Below are positions 19,956-28,076 of a DNA stretch of 64,000 nucleotides, piece after piece (the stretch's first letter is position 1; each line of letters begins with the position of its first letter). The position numbers and the translations under genes are program-made. Source of the DNA: Buchnera aphidicola (Meitanaphis elongallis) (GTDB lineage: Bacteria > Pseudomonadota > Gammaproteobacteria > Enterobacterales > Enterobacteriaceae); contig CP140033.1 in assembly GCA_039830015.1 (NCBI GenBank), positions 105,233 through 169,232 of the forward strand, in the 5' to 3' direction. A model generated the notes under the pieces. It was not told where the DNA came from, did no database searches, and saw only the letters and a list, made by a program, of their open reading frames with translations.

Positions 19956-20333
19956 TTATATTTCAAAACTTTCACCGCAACCACAAAAGTTTTTTATTTT
20001 ATTGTTATTAAATTTAAATACGTGGTTTATGCCTTCTTTTATAAAATCTATTTTTATTCCATCTAATATAGATAAGTGTTCTGAATGTATTAGTATTAAT
20101 ATATTTTTAGAAGTGAAGCTGATGTCTTTATGATGTATGTTTTCTATTAGTTCCATATAATATTTCATCCCAGCACATCCTGATTTTTTTATTCCTAATC
20201 TAATTCCTATCTTTTTTTCTTGTTTTATCAGTTTATATATTTGTTGTTCTGCCTTATGACTTATTTTAATTCCTTTCTTAGTTTGGTTATATTTTTGTTC
20301 AGAAGATAGTGTAAAATAATCATTTTTGCTCAT
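19956..20333 (-). CDS. sufA: A-type iron-sulfur cluster carrier (SufA/IscA, HesB family)
   Basis: GIRLGIKKSGCAGMKY...DFIKEGINHVFKFNN...CGCGESFEI shows the three conserved cysteines and close similarity to E. coli IscA and SufA. It is divergent from ydiK, as sufA is in E. coli. I placed the start at ATG 20333 (MSKNDY, 125 aa); the track start at 20363 adds 10 aa. Confidence 0.85.
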   Translation of the reverse strand: MSKNDYFTLSSEQKYNQTKKGIKISHKAEQQIYKLIKQEKKIGIRLGIKKSGCAGMKYYMELIENIHHKDISFTSKNILILIHSEHLSILDGIKIDFIKEGINHVFKFNNNKIKNFCGCGESFEI

Positions 20334-20721
20334 TTTTATTCCTGTGTGAATAATATTAAACATATTTTATGTTTAGTACAAAAGAAGCGGTGCGGTTTAA
20401 GGTTTGGTATAAGATTATTTTAAGAGACATGATAACATTTAAATATTATCATATACAAATAAAACTTGTATATAAACATATGATGTTAAACAAGTATAAT
20501 TAAAAGTTTTATCTTTTAAAAAATAAAATATTTAAATTTCTATAAATTTTTGATAATAATATACGTTGATTTTAAAAATATTATTGTATTTATGATGACT
20601 TTACAAATTTTTGTTGTAGAGTATATTATGATTCAATATTTTTTAATTGTATTTTTTTTCGATTTATATAATATTATTGATATATATAATAATTAAGGAA
20701 ATATAAAGGTATAATATTTAT

Positions 20722-21840
20722 ATGCAAAATAAACGAGAAAGTATGGATTTTCTGCAAGCTATTTTTTCTCTAATATTTATTATTTTTATGATATTTTCTA
20801 GTTTATGGATTATGCGTCCATTTTTTTTAGGATTTGCTTGGGCTAGCATGGTAGTAATAGCTACTTGGCCTATATTTTTAAAATTGCAGTTTTTGTTTTG
20901 TGGAAGTCGAGCATGTGCTGTGATAACAATGATTATTATTTTACTATTAATTTTTATCATTCCTATTGTTTTTTTAGTAAATGGTCTGATCGATAATAGT
21001 GCATCAGTAATTAGTTGGTTAAATTCGGACAATGTAAAATTTCCTGATCTTTATTGGTTGCGAGATGTTCCTATTGTTGGGATTAAGTTGTTTGCTAGTT
21101 ATAGAAGGTTATTGGAAGAAGGTGGTTTTGAATTAATTACTAAAATTCAACCATATATGGGAAAAACAACTGAATTTTTTATGATTCAAGTAGGTCATTT
21201 TGGACGTTTTATTATTCATTTAGTTTTAATGCTAATTTTTAGTTCTTTATTATACTGGAACGGTGAAAAAATGAGAAATATTATCAGACATTTTGCTGTT
21301 CGTTTAGGTTCACGTTCTGGAGACTCAGTAGTGTCGTTGGCTGGACAAGCAGTTAGAGCAGTAGCTTTAGGAGTAGTTGTAACTGCATTAGTTCAAGGCA
21401 TTTTAGGGGGAATAGGATTGGTTGTTTCTGGGATTCCGTATGCTTCGTTATTAATGATGCTAATAATCATTTTTTGCTTAATCCAATTAGGTCCTTTGCC
21501 TGTATTAATTCCTGCAACTATGTGGTTATATTGGAGTAGTAATACTACTTGGGGTACAGTATTGTTAATTTGGAGTTGTATAGTATGTGTATTGGATCAT
21601 ATACTACGTCCTATTCTCATACGTATTGGAGCGGATTTTCCGACTGTATTAATTTTGTTGGGAGTTATAGGAGGTTTAATTGCATTTGGTATGATTGGTT
21701 TATTTATTGGTCCAATAGTATTGGTAATATCGTATCGTCTTATTTTATCGTGGATGGAAGAAATACCAGCTCCAGGCACTTTTTCGAAAGACTCAATAAA
21801 ACGTTTTTTATTAAAAGATAAGATTAAAAAAAAATATTAG
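20722..21840 (+). CDS. ydiK: AI-2E/PerM-family (UPF0118) inner membrane protein YdiK
   Basis: 372 aa and collinear with E. coli YdiK. RAVALGVVVTALVQGILGGIGL and LIAFGMIGLFIGP are nearly identical to the E. coli sequence. Confidence 0.9.
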   Translation: MQNKRESMDFLQAIFSLIFIIFMIFSSLWIMRPFFLGFAWASMVVIATWPIFLKLQFLFCGSRACAVITMIIILLLIFIIPIVFLVNGLIDNSASVISWLNSDNVKFPDLYWLRDVPIVGIKLFASYRRLLEEGGFELITKIQPYMGKTTEFFMIQVGHFGRFIIHLVLMLIFSSLLYWNGEKMRNIIRHFAVRLGSRSGDSVVSLAGQAVRAVALGVVVTALVQGILGGIGLVVSGIPYASLLMMLIIIFCLIQLGPLPVLIPATMWLYWSSNTTWGTVLLIWSCIVCVLDHILRPILIRIGADFPTVLILLGVIGGLIAFGMIGLFIGPIVLVISYRLILSWMEEIPAPGTFSKDSIKRFLLKDKIKKKY

Positions 21841-22446
21841 TAAATGTTTATTTAGAATTATTTACGTTTATTTTTACTAATATTGATTTGTATAGGAATA
21901 TAAAATTATTTAAGCATTTTAATAGTTTTTATATATCGTGTTGTTTACTCTTGATGTATCGGGTGTAGTATGTACATACAATTTTATTAATAGTAACTTA
22001 TGATGCAATTTATTAATAAGATTAATGTTTTTATTACGAATTTATAGTATTCCATTAAGTATAGTGTTAAGATTTTTTTGTATTAGTTTTTAAGATATGT
22101 TTTAAGGATAAGTAGTATATTATGTTTTTAAAAATTTTATGATAATCGTAGTATAGTTTTTGAAGTGTGTTAATCATTTCGTAAAAAACATATGTGTGTT
22201 TATTTTTATAGGATATGGCAAATAAATCTAATTTACGTTTTTAATATGCATGTAATAATTTTACTGTTATTTGTCAATAATAAATTAGTGCTGTTCATTA
22301 GAATTTTAGATGTTATAAAAATTTGAAATGATATTAAGTATTTCATTTTTGTAGCGTGTTTTTGCTTTAATGGTTATAATTGATTTATTGTGATATTGAT
22401 AATAAATTTATTATATTATAGTATAAGAACGTATTTAGAGAAAAAC

Positions 22447-23493
22447 ATGAAAAAAACAGATGAGTTAAGAACAATACGAATTGATCCATTAATTACTCCA
22501 TTTGAATTAGCAAAACGTTATCCTATTACTTCTTCTATTATGGATACTGTCATTACAGCTAGAAAAAATATAGCTAATATCATGACAGGAATGGATTCAC
22601 GTTTATTAGTAGTAATAGGACCTTGTTCGGTTCATGATCCTTTAGCTGCAGTAGAGTATGCAAGAAGATTAAATGAATTGCGTAAACGATATTCTTCTCG
22701 TCTCGAAATTGTAATGCGTACTTATTTCGAAAAACCGCGTACTGTAGTAGGATGGAAAGGACTAATTTCAGATCCAGATTTAAACGGTAGTTTTCGTGTT
22801 AATCATGGTTTATCTATTGCGAGAAAATTACTTTTGGATATTAATGCGTTGGGATTACCAGCTGCAACTGAATTTTTGGATATAGTAATTGGACAATTTA
22901 TAGCAGATTTAATTAGTTGGGGCGCGATAGGAGCACGAACTACTGAAAGTCAAATCCATCGTGAAATGGCATCTGCATTGTCTTGTCCAGTAGGGTTTAA
23001 GAATGGAACTGATGGAAATATACGTATTGCAATAGATGCTATTCGTGCTGCTAGTGTTAAACATTTATTTTTAGCACCTGATAAACATGGGAAAATGACT
23101 ATTAATCATACTAGTGGAAATCCATTTGGACACGTCATTATGCGTGGAGGACAGTCTCCAAATTATCATGCTAAAGATATAGATTTAACTGTGAGATATT
23201 TACAAGAATTTAATCTTTTAGAATATTTAATGATTGATTTTAGTCATGGAAATTGTTTAAAACAACACCGGCGTCAATGCGATGTTGGGGAATCTATAGC
23301 TAAGCAAATAAGAGATGGTTCTACAGCTATATTTGGTGTTATGATTGAAAGTTTTATAGAAGAAGGTTCTCAGAAAGTAGTTGATAGTAAGCCGTTAACT
23401 TATGGGAAATCAATAACGGATCCTTGTTTGGGATGGAATGATAGTATATATCTTATTAAAAAATTAGCGGATGCTGTAAATAGTCGATTTTAA
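22447..23493 (+). CDS. aroH: 3-deoxy-7-phosphoheptulonate (DAHP) synthase, AroH-like
   Basis: I placed the start at ATG 22447, giving MKKTDELRTIRIDPLITP (E. coli AroH begins MNRTDELRTARIESLVTP) and 348 aa. There are long identical runs, such as IVMRTYFEKPRTVVGWKGLISDPDLNGS. Confidence 0.95.
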   Translation: MKKTDELRTIRIDPLITPFELAKRYPITSSIMDTVITARKNIANIMTGMDSRLLVVIGPCSVHDPLAAVEYARRLNELRKRYSSRLEIVMRTYFEKPRTVVGWKGLISDPDLNGSFRVNHGLSIARKLLLDINALGLPAATEFLDIVIGQFIADLISWGAIGARTTESQIHREMASALSCPVGFKNGTDGNIRIAIDAIRAASVKHLFLAPDKHGKMTINHTSGNPFGHVIMRGGQSPNYHAKDIDLTVRYLQEFNLLEYLMIDFSHGNCLKQHRRQCDVGESIAKQIRDGSTAIFGVMIESFIEEGSQKVVDSKPLTYGKSITDPCLGWNDSIYLIKKLADAVNSRF

Positions 23494-23499
23494 TCATGT

Positions 23500-23535
23500 G
23501 ATACCAGTCTTAAACTTTTAACTGGTATCTTTTAT
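23500..23535 (+). terminator. rho-independent terminator after aroH
   Basis: A perfect 9-bp stem pairs GATACCAGT (23500-23508) with ACTGGTATC (23521-23529). The loop is 12 nt and TTTTAT follows. Confidence 0.75.
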
Positions 23536-23681
23536 ATATAATTATATTTTTTGATTAATTAATTTTTAAAATTTATATTTTATATGAATATATTCGTTGT
23601 TTATGTTCTTTAATTTTAATGTGTTATGTTTTATTTTGTAATAAATGAAATAAATAAAGTTTTTGAAGTTAAGGATGTGAG

Positions 23682-25610
23682 ATGCCTGTTATTACGTTGT
23701 TCGATGGACGTAAATTCATATATAAAAATGCTATTTCAATATTGGATATTGTGAAAAACATTTCACCTAGTTTAGTAAAACATTGCTGTTTTGGATATGT
23801 TAATGGAATTAGTATAAGTAAACATGCTATCTTAGATTATGACGCTAATATTAGGATCATTTATGATAACGATATAATTTTTTTAAACATTATTCGTAAT
23901 ACTTGTGCTTGTATTGTTGGATATGCTGCAAAAGAGTTGTGGCCAAATTCAAAGATAGCCAACAATTCTATCACAGAAAATGGTTTTTATTGTGATATAG
24001 ACGTAGATTTTGTGTTTAAAGATGCAGATTTGTGTTTATTAGAAGCTAATATGTTAAATATTTTTAAAAGAAAGTATAATATTTATATTGAAACAGTTAC
24101 ATGGAAGAAAGCGTATACTATTTTTTCAGATCATTCTGCAATATATAAATTATTAATTTTGAAAAATGATTTTAATATCGATAAGAATGTTTCTTTATGT
24201 ATTCATCAAGAATATATTGATTTTCAAATTGGAATTCCACTTCCAAATATATCTTTTTGTCGTTATTTTAAATTGCAAAAATTTTCTGGTGTATATTGGA
24301 ATGGGAAAAAAGAAAATAAAGTTTTGCAAAGAATTTATGGAACAATATGGCCTACATCCTATAAATTAAAACAACATTTAGAATATATAAATCAATCTGA
24401 ACGAAGAGATCATAGAAAAATTTCTAAAATTTTGGATTTATATCATATTCAAGAAGAATCTCCGGGTATGATTTTTTGGCATCATAACGGTTTAATTATT
24501 TTTCGAGAATTAAAAAAACTTATACGTGAGAAATTGAAAGAGTATCGATATCAAGAAGTTAAAACACCGTTGATTATGAACAAAAAGGTTTGGAAAGATA
24601 GCGGACATTTAGACAATTATCAGAATTTTATGTTTATGACACGATCGGAAAATAGTGTATATGGAATTAAACCTATGAATTGCCCCGGTCACGTTTATAT
24701 TTTTAATGATACTTTACGTTCTTATCGAGATCTTCCTATTCGTATTTCAGAATTTGGCAGTTGTCATAGAAATGAACCGTCAGGTTCTTTACATGGATTA
24801 ATGAGAATTAGAAATTTTACACAAGATGATGCGCATATTTTTTGTAGAAAGGATCAAATTCGTAGTGAAATCAGTAGTTGTATAAAAATGATTTATGATA
24901 TATATGAAGTTTTTGGTTTTGAAAAAGTTTTTGTAAAGTTATCGACTCGTCCAAAAAATAGGATCGGAAGTGATATAATGTGGGATCAAGCTGAAAGTGA
25001 TCTAGCAATTTCATTAACGGAAAATAACATATCATTTGAATATCAAGCAGGAGAAGGTGCTTTTTATGGACCAAAAATTGAATTATCATTGTTAGATTGT
25101 TTAGGACGAATTTGGCAATGTGCAACTATACAATTAGATTTTTATTTGCCTAAAAATTTAGGATCATTTTATATTGATAATAAAAATTCAAAAAAAGTAC
25201 CAGTGGTAATTCATAGAGCGATATTGGGTTCTATTGAACGTTTTATAGGAATTTTAACTGAGGAATATTCTGGAAATTTTCCAGTATGGTTAGCTCCTAT
25301 TCAGGTTGTTTTAATTAGTATTAATGAACATCATGTTAAATATGTTGAAACATTATTTAACAATTGGTTACGTTTGGGTATACGAGTTAAATTGGATGTG
25401 AGAAATGAAAAGATAGGATTAAAGATTAGAACGTACGTTTTACAGAAAATTCCTTATGTTGTTATTTGTGGTGATAAAGAAATAGTTAGTAATACAATTA
25501 CTGTTAGAACGCGATCTGGAAAAAGTGTTTCAATGGCAAATGTACAGTATTTTATTGAAAAATTAAAAAGAGAAATTATTAATAGAAATTTATATTTATC
25601 GGAGGAATAA
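23682..25610 (+). CDS. thrS: threonyl-tRNA synthetase
   Basis: 642 aa, the same length as E. coli ThrS. It has class-II motifs (FRNEPSGSLHGLMRIRNFTQDDAHIF) and is followed by infC-rpmI-rplT as in E. coli. Confidence 0.96.
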   Translation: MPVITLFDGRKFIYKNAISILDIVKNISPSLVKHCCFGYVNGISISKHAILDYDANIRIIYDNDIIFLNIIRNTCACIVGYAAKELWPNSKIANNSITENGFYCDIDVDFVFKDADLCLLEANMLNIFKRKYNIYIETVTWKKAYTIFSDHSAIYKLLILKNDFNIDKNVSLCIHQEYIDFQIGIPLPNISFCRYFKLQKFSGVYWNGKKENKVLQRIYGTIWPTSYKLKQHLEYINQSERRDHRKISKILDLYHIQEESPGMIFWHHNGLIIFRELKKLIREKLKEYRYQEVKTPLIMNKKVWKDSGHLDNYQNFMFMTRSENSVYGIKPMNCPGHVYIFNDTLRSYRDLPIRISEFGSCHRNEPSGSLHGLMRIRNFTQDDAHIFCRKDQIRSEISSCIKMIYDIYEVFGFEKVFVKLSTRPKNRIGSDIMWDQAESDLAISLTENNISFEYQAGEGAFYGPKIELSLLDCLGRIWQCATIQLDFYLPKNLGSFYIDNKNSKKVPVVIHRAILGSIERFIGILTEEYSGNFPVWLAPIQVVLISINEHHVKYVETLFNNWLRLGIRVKLDVRNEKIGLKIRTYVLQKIPYVVICGDKEIVSNTITVRTRSGKSVSMANVQYFIEKLKREIINRNLYLSEE

Positions 25611-25613
25611 AGT

Positions 25614-26153
25614 ATTAAAGGCGGAAAAAGAATACAAATAACAAAACCAAATCGTATAAATCATGAAATTCGTGCTTTTCAAGTTCGTCTTACTGGTTTT
25701 GATGGAGAACAAATTGGTATTGTTACTTTAAGAGATGCTTTGACAAAAGCTAAGGAAGTGGCAATGGATTTAGTTGAAATTAGTCCTAATGCTGAACCTC
25801 CAGTATGTCGCATTATGAATTATGGAAAATTTTTGTATAAAAAAAGTAAAGCTTTCAAAGAACAAAGAAAAAAACAAAAAATAATTAATGTAAAAGAGAT
25901 AAAATTTCGACCTGGGACTGATGAAAGTGATTATCAAGTTAAGCTACGCAATATAGTTCGTTTCTTAAAGGAAGGACATAAAATAAAAATTACTTTGCGC
26001 TTTCGTGGACGTGAAATGGTGCATCAAAAACTAGGTGTAAAAGTACTCAGTCGTATTAAAGATGATCTAATAGAGTTAGCTTTAATAGAAATATTTCCAT
26101 CTAAAATTGAAGGTCGTCAAATGATTATGGTTTTGGCACCTAAGAAAAGATAA
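25614..26153 (+). CDS. infC: translation initiation factor IF-3, ATT start codon
   Basis: Reading from ATT at 25614 gives [37 protein letters not shown], matching E. coli IF3 [37 protein letters not shown], and 179 aa. The track ORF 25740..26153 begins at an internal TTG (Leu) codon in the same frame, not the true start. A GGAGG sits in the thrS tail at 25601-25605. Confidence 0.93.
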   Translation: MKGGKRIQITKPNRINHEIRAFQVRLTGFDGEQIGIVTLRDALTKAKEVAMDLVEISPNAEPPVCRIMNYGKFLYKKSKAFKEQRKKQKIINVKEIKFRPGTDESDYQVKLRNIVRFLKEGHKIKITLRFRGREMVHQKLGVKVLSRIKDDLIELALIEIFPSKIEGRQMIMVLAPKKR

Positions 26154-26241
26154 AAATTTTATAACGTATTATAATTAGGAAAATAGTCATTATTTATTTT
26201 TCTATTGAATTTCTATGCTAATTTTAAGTTGGAATATGACA

Positions 26242-26439
26242 ATGCCTAGAATTAAAACTTTACGTAGTGCAGCAAAACGTTTCAAAAGAACTGCATCTGG
26301 TAAATTTAAACGAAAACAAGCTAACTTGAGACACATTTTGACAAAAAAATCTACTAATCGTAAACGACATTTACGCTCAAAAGTTATTGTATCTAAGGGA
26401 GATAGCAGTAAGGTACGCTTATTTTTACCTTATTTGTAA
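26242..26439 (+). CDS. rpmI: 50S ribosomal protein L35
   Basis: I placed the start at ATG 26242, giving [15 protein letters not shown]...NLRHILTKK and 65 aa as in E. coli. The track start at 26215 is an extension. Confidence 0.95.
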   Translation: MPRIKTLRSAAKRFKRTASGKFKRKQANLRHILTKKSTNRKRHLRSKVIVSKGDSSKVRLFLPYL

Positions 26440-26478
26440 ATTAAATTTAAATTCGTATTAAGAAAAGGAGAGCATAAT

Positions 26479-26835
26479 ATGGCTCGTGTGAAACGCGGAG
26501 TGGTTGCTCGCGCTCGTCATAAAAAGGTTCTAAAGAATGCTAAAGGTTATTATGGTGCACGGTCAAGAACATATAGATCAGCTTGTCAAGCTGTGATTAA
26601 AGCAGGACAATATGCTTATCGTGATCGTCGTCAAAAAAAACGTCAATTTAGAAAATTATGGATTATTCGTATTAATGCTGCAGTACGCAAAAATCAGATA
26701 TCTTATAGTCAATTTATATATGGTCTAAAACAAGCATCGATAAATATTGATCGAAAAATTTTGTCTGAAATTGCAATTTTTGATAGTTATGCTTTTGATT
26801 CATTAGTGCAAACTTCTAAAAGTTTTTTGCAATGA
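26479..26835 (+). CDS. rplT: 50S ribosomal protein L20
   Basis: 118 aa beginning [24 protein letters not shown] Shine-Dalgarno lies upstream. Confidence 0.97.
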   Translation: MARVKRGVVARARHKKVLKNAKGYYGARSRTYRSACQAVIKAGQYAYRDRRQKKRQFRKLWIIRINAAVRKNQISYSQFIYGLKQASINIDRKILSEIAIFDSYAFDSLVQTSKSFLQ

Positions 26836-26845
26836 AAACAAGTGT

Positions 26846-26878
26846 TTAGGAGGAAATGATCGGATCTCTCCTAATTTT
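26846..26878 (+). terminator. terminator-like hairpin after rplT
   Basis: A 7-bp stem pairs TTAGGAG (26846-26852) with CTCCTAA (26868-26874). The loop is 15 nt and TTTT follows. Confidence 0.55.
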
Positions 26879-26975
26879 AAAGAGTATTTAATAAAGAAAA
26901 TAGGTTTTTGTAGAGTAATAAGAGTATTATAGTATAAATTTATGATTCACACTATCTAAAATTATTAGGTAATTT

Positions 26976-27003
26976 AAAAAAGCTTCCAATTTGGAGGCTT
27001 TTT
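26976..27003 (+). terminator. strong terminator-like hairpin 75 nt upstream of pheS (possible relic of the pheST attenuator)
   Basis: AAAAAGCUUCCA (26976-26987) pairs with UGGAGGCUUUUU (26992-27003), with one G.U pair. The GC-containing core is GCUUCC/GGAGGC. An A-run flanks it upstream and TTTTT downstream. Confidence 0.55.
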
Positions 27004-27076
27004 AGCATAGTAAACGTTTTGCTGTTTTAGGGTTTATAGAATTTAATTGTTATTTATAATAGAGTAAGGAAGAATT

Positions 27077-28060
27077 GTGTTTAATTTTTTAACTTCGATA
27101 GAATTAGTGAGATCAGAAATAGAAAAAGTAGAAACATTACAGGAATTAAGTGTTTTGAAGTTAAGATATTTAGGAAAAAAGGGTTATATTGCTTTTGAAA
27201 TGTTTAAATTACGCAATGTATCTTTAGAAAAGAAAAAGAAAATTGGTATTATTCTTAATAAGTTTAAAGATGATTTGAAAATAGAATTTGATAAACATAA
27301 AAAGAAATTGGAAATTTTGTCTAACAATATGTTGTCACAGACAGATTTTATTGATGTATCGTTAGATGGACGTCGTAATAATATTGGTTCTTTACATCCA
27401 ATACATCATATGATCGGAGATATAGAAAATTTTTTTTTAAAATTAGGATTTAAAATTGTCAGAGGGCAAGAAATAGATGATGATTATCATAATTTTGATG
27501 CATTAAATATCTCAAAAAATCATCCAACTAGAACTGATCATGATACTTTTTGGTTCGATTCTAATCGTTTATTGCGGACTCAAACTTCTAATATGCAAAT
27601 TAGATCTATGAAAGAAATGGCACTACCAATAAAAATTGTTGTACCAGGAAAAGTATATAGAAAAGATTATGATAATACTCATACTCCTATGTTTCATCAA
27701 GTTGAGGGATTGGTCATTAATAAAAATGTAAATTTTTCTAATCTGAAATGGATCATTGAATCATTTTTAAATTATTTTTTTTATAAACATGTTAATATTC
27801 GATTTCGACCTTCCTATTTTCCTTTTACGTTTTTATCAACTGAGGTAGATATTTTAGGAGATAATAATAAATGGTTGGAAATATTAGGTTGCGGTATGGT
27901 TCATCCTAATGTGTTAAAAAATGTTAATATTGATTCAGAAATGTATTCTGGTTTTGCTTTTGGTTTAGGAGTAGAGAGAATTGCTATGCTTCGTTATGGT
28001 ATTACAGATATTCGTATTTTTTTTGAAAATGATTTAAAATTTCTTAAACAATTTAAATAA
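27077..28060 (+). CDS. pheS: phenylalanyl-tRNA synthetase alpha subunit
   Basis: 327 aa, the same length as E. coli PheS, with a GTG start preceded by AAGGAAG. The C-terminus GITDIRIFFENDLKFLKQFK is nearly identical to E. coli. Confidence 0.96.
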   Translation: MFNFLTSIELVRSEIEKVETLQELSVLKLRYLGKKGYIAFEMFKLRNVSLEKKKKIGIILNKFKDDLKIEFDKHKKKLEILSNNMLSQTDFIDVSLDGRRNNIGSLHPIHHMIGDIENFFLKLGFKIVRGQEIDDDYHNFDALNISKNHPTRTDHDTFWFDSNRLLRTQTSNMQIRSMKEMALPIKIVVPGKVYRKDYDNTHTPMFHQVEGLVINKNVNFSNLKWIIESFLNYFFYKHVNIRFRPSYFPFTFLSTEVDILGDNNKWLEILGCGMVHPNVLKNVNIDSEMYSGFAFGLGVERIAMLRYGITDIRIFFENDLKFLKQFK

Positions 28061-28076
28061 GGTGAGTATGTAAGTA

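Noticed and set aside
26856-26891. The mini-ORF MIGSLLILKSI, preceded by AGGAGG, considered as a candidate pheM-like leader peptide for pheST attenuation.
   Set aside because: It contains no Phe codons. The AGGAGG is only 2 nt from the ATG and forms the 5' arm of the rplT terminator hairpin.
27033-27060. A possible sigma70 promoter (TTTATA-N16-TATAAT) for pheS, and similar -10/-35 look-alikes upstream of nth and of the rnfA relic.
   Set aside because: TATAAT-like hexamers are ubiquitous at this base composition. The predicted transcription start for the pheS candidate would fall on or after the Shine-Dalgarno. None of these can be supported without transcript mapping.
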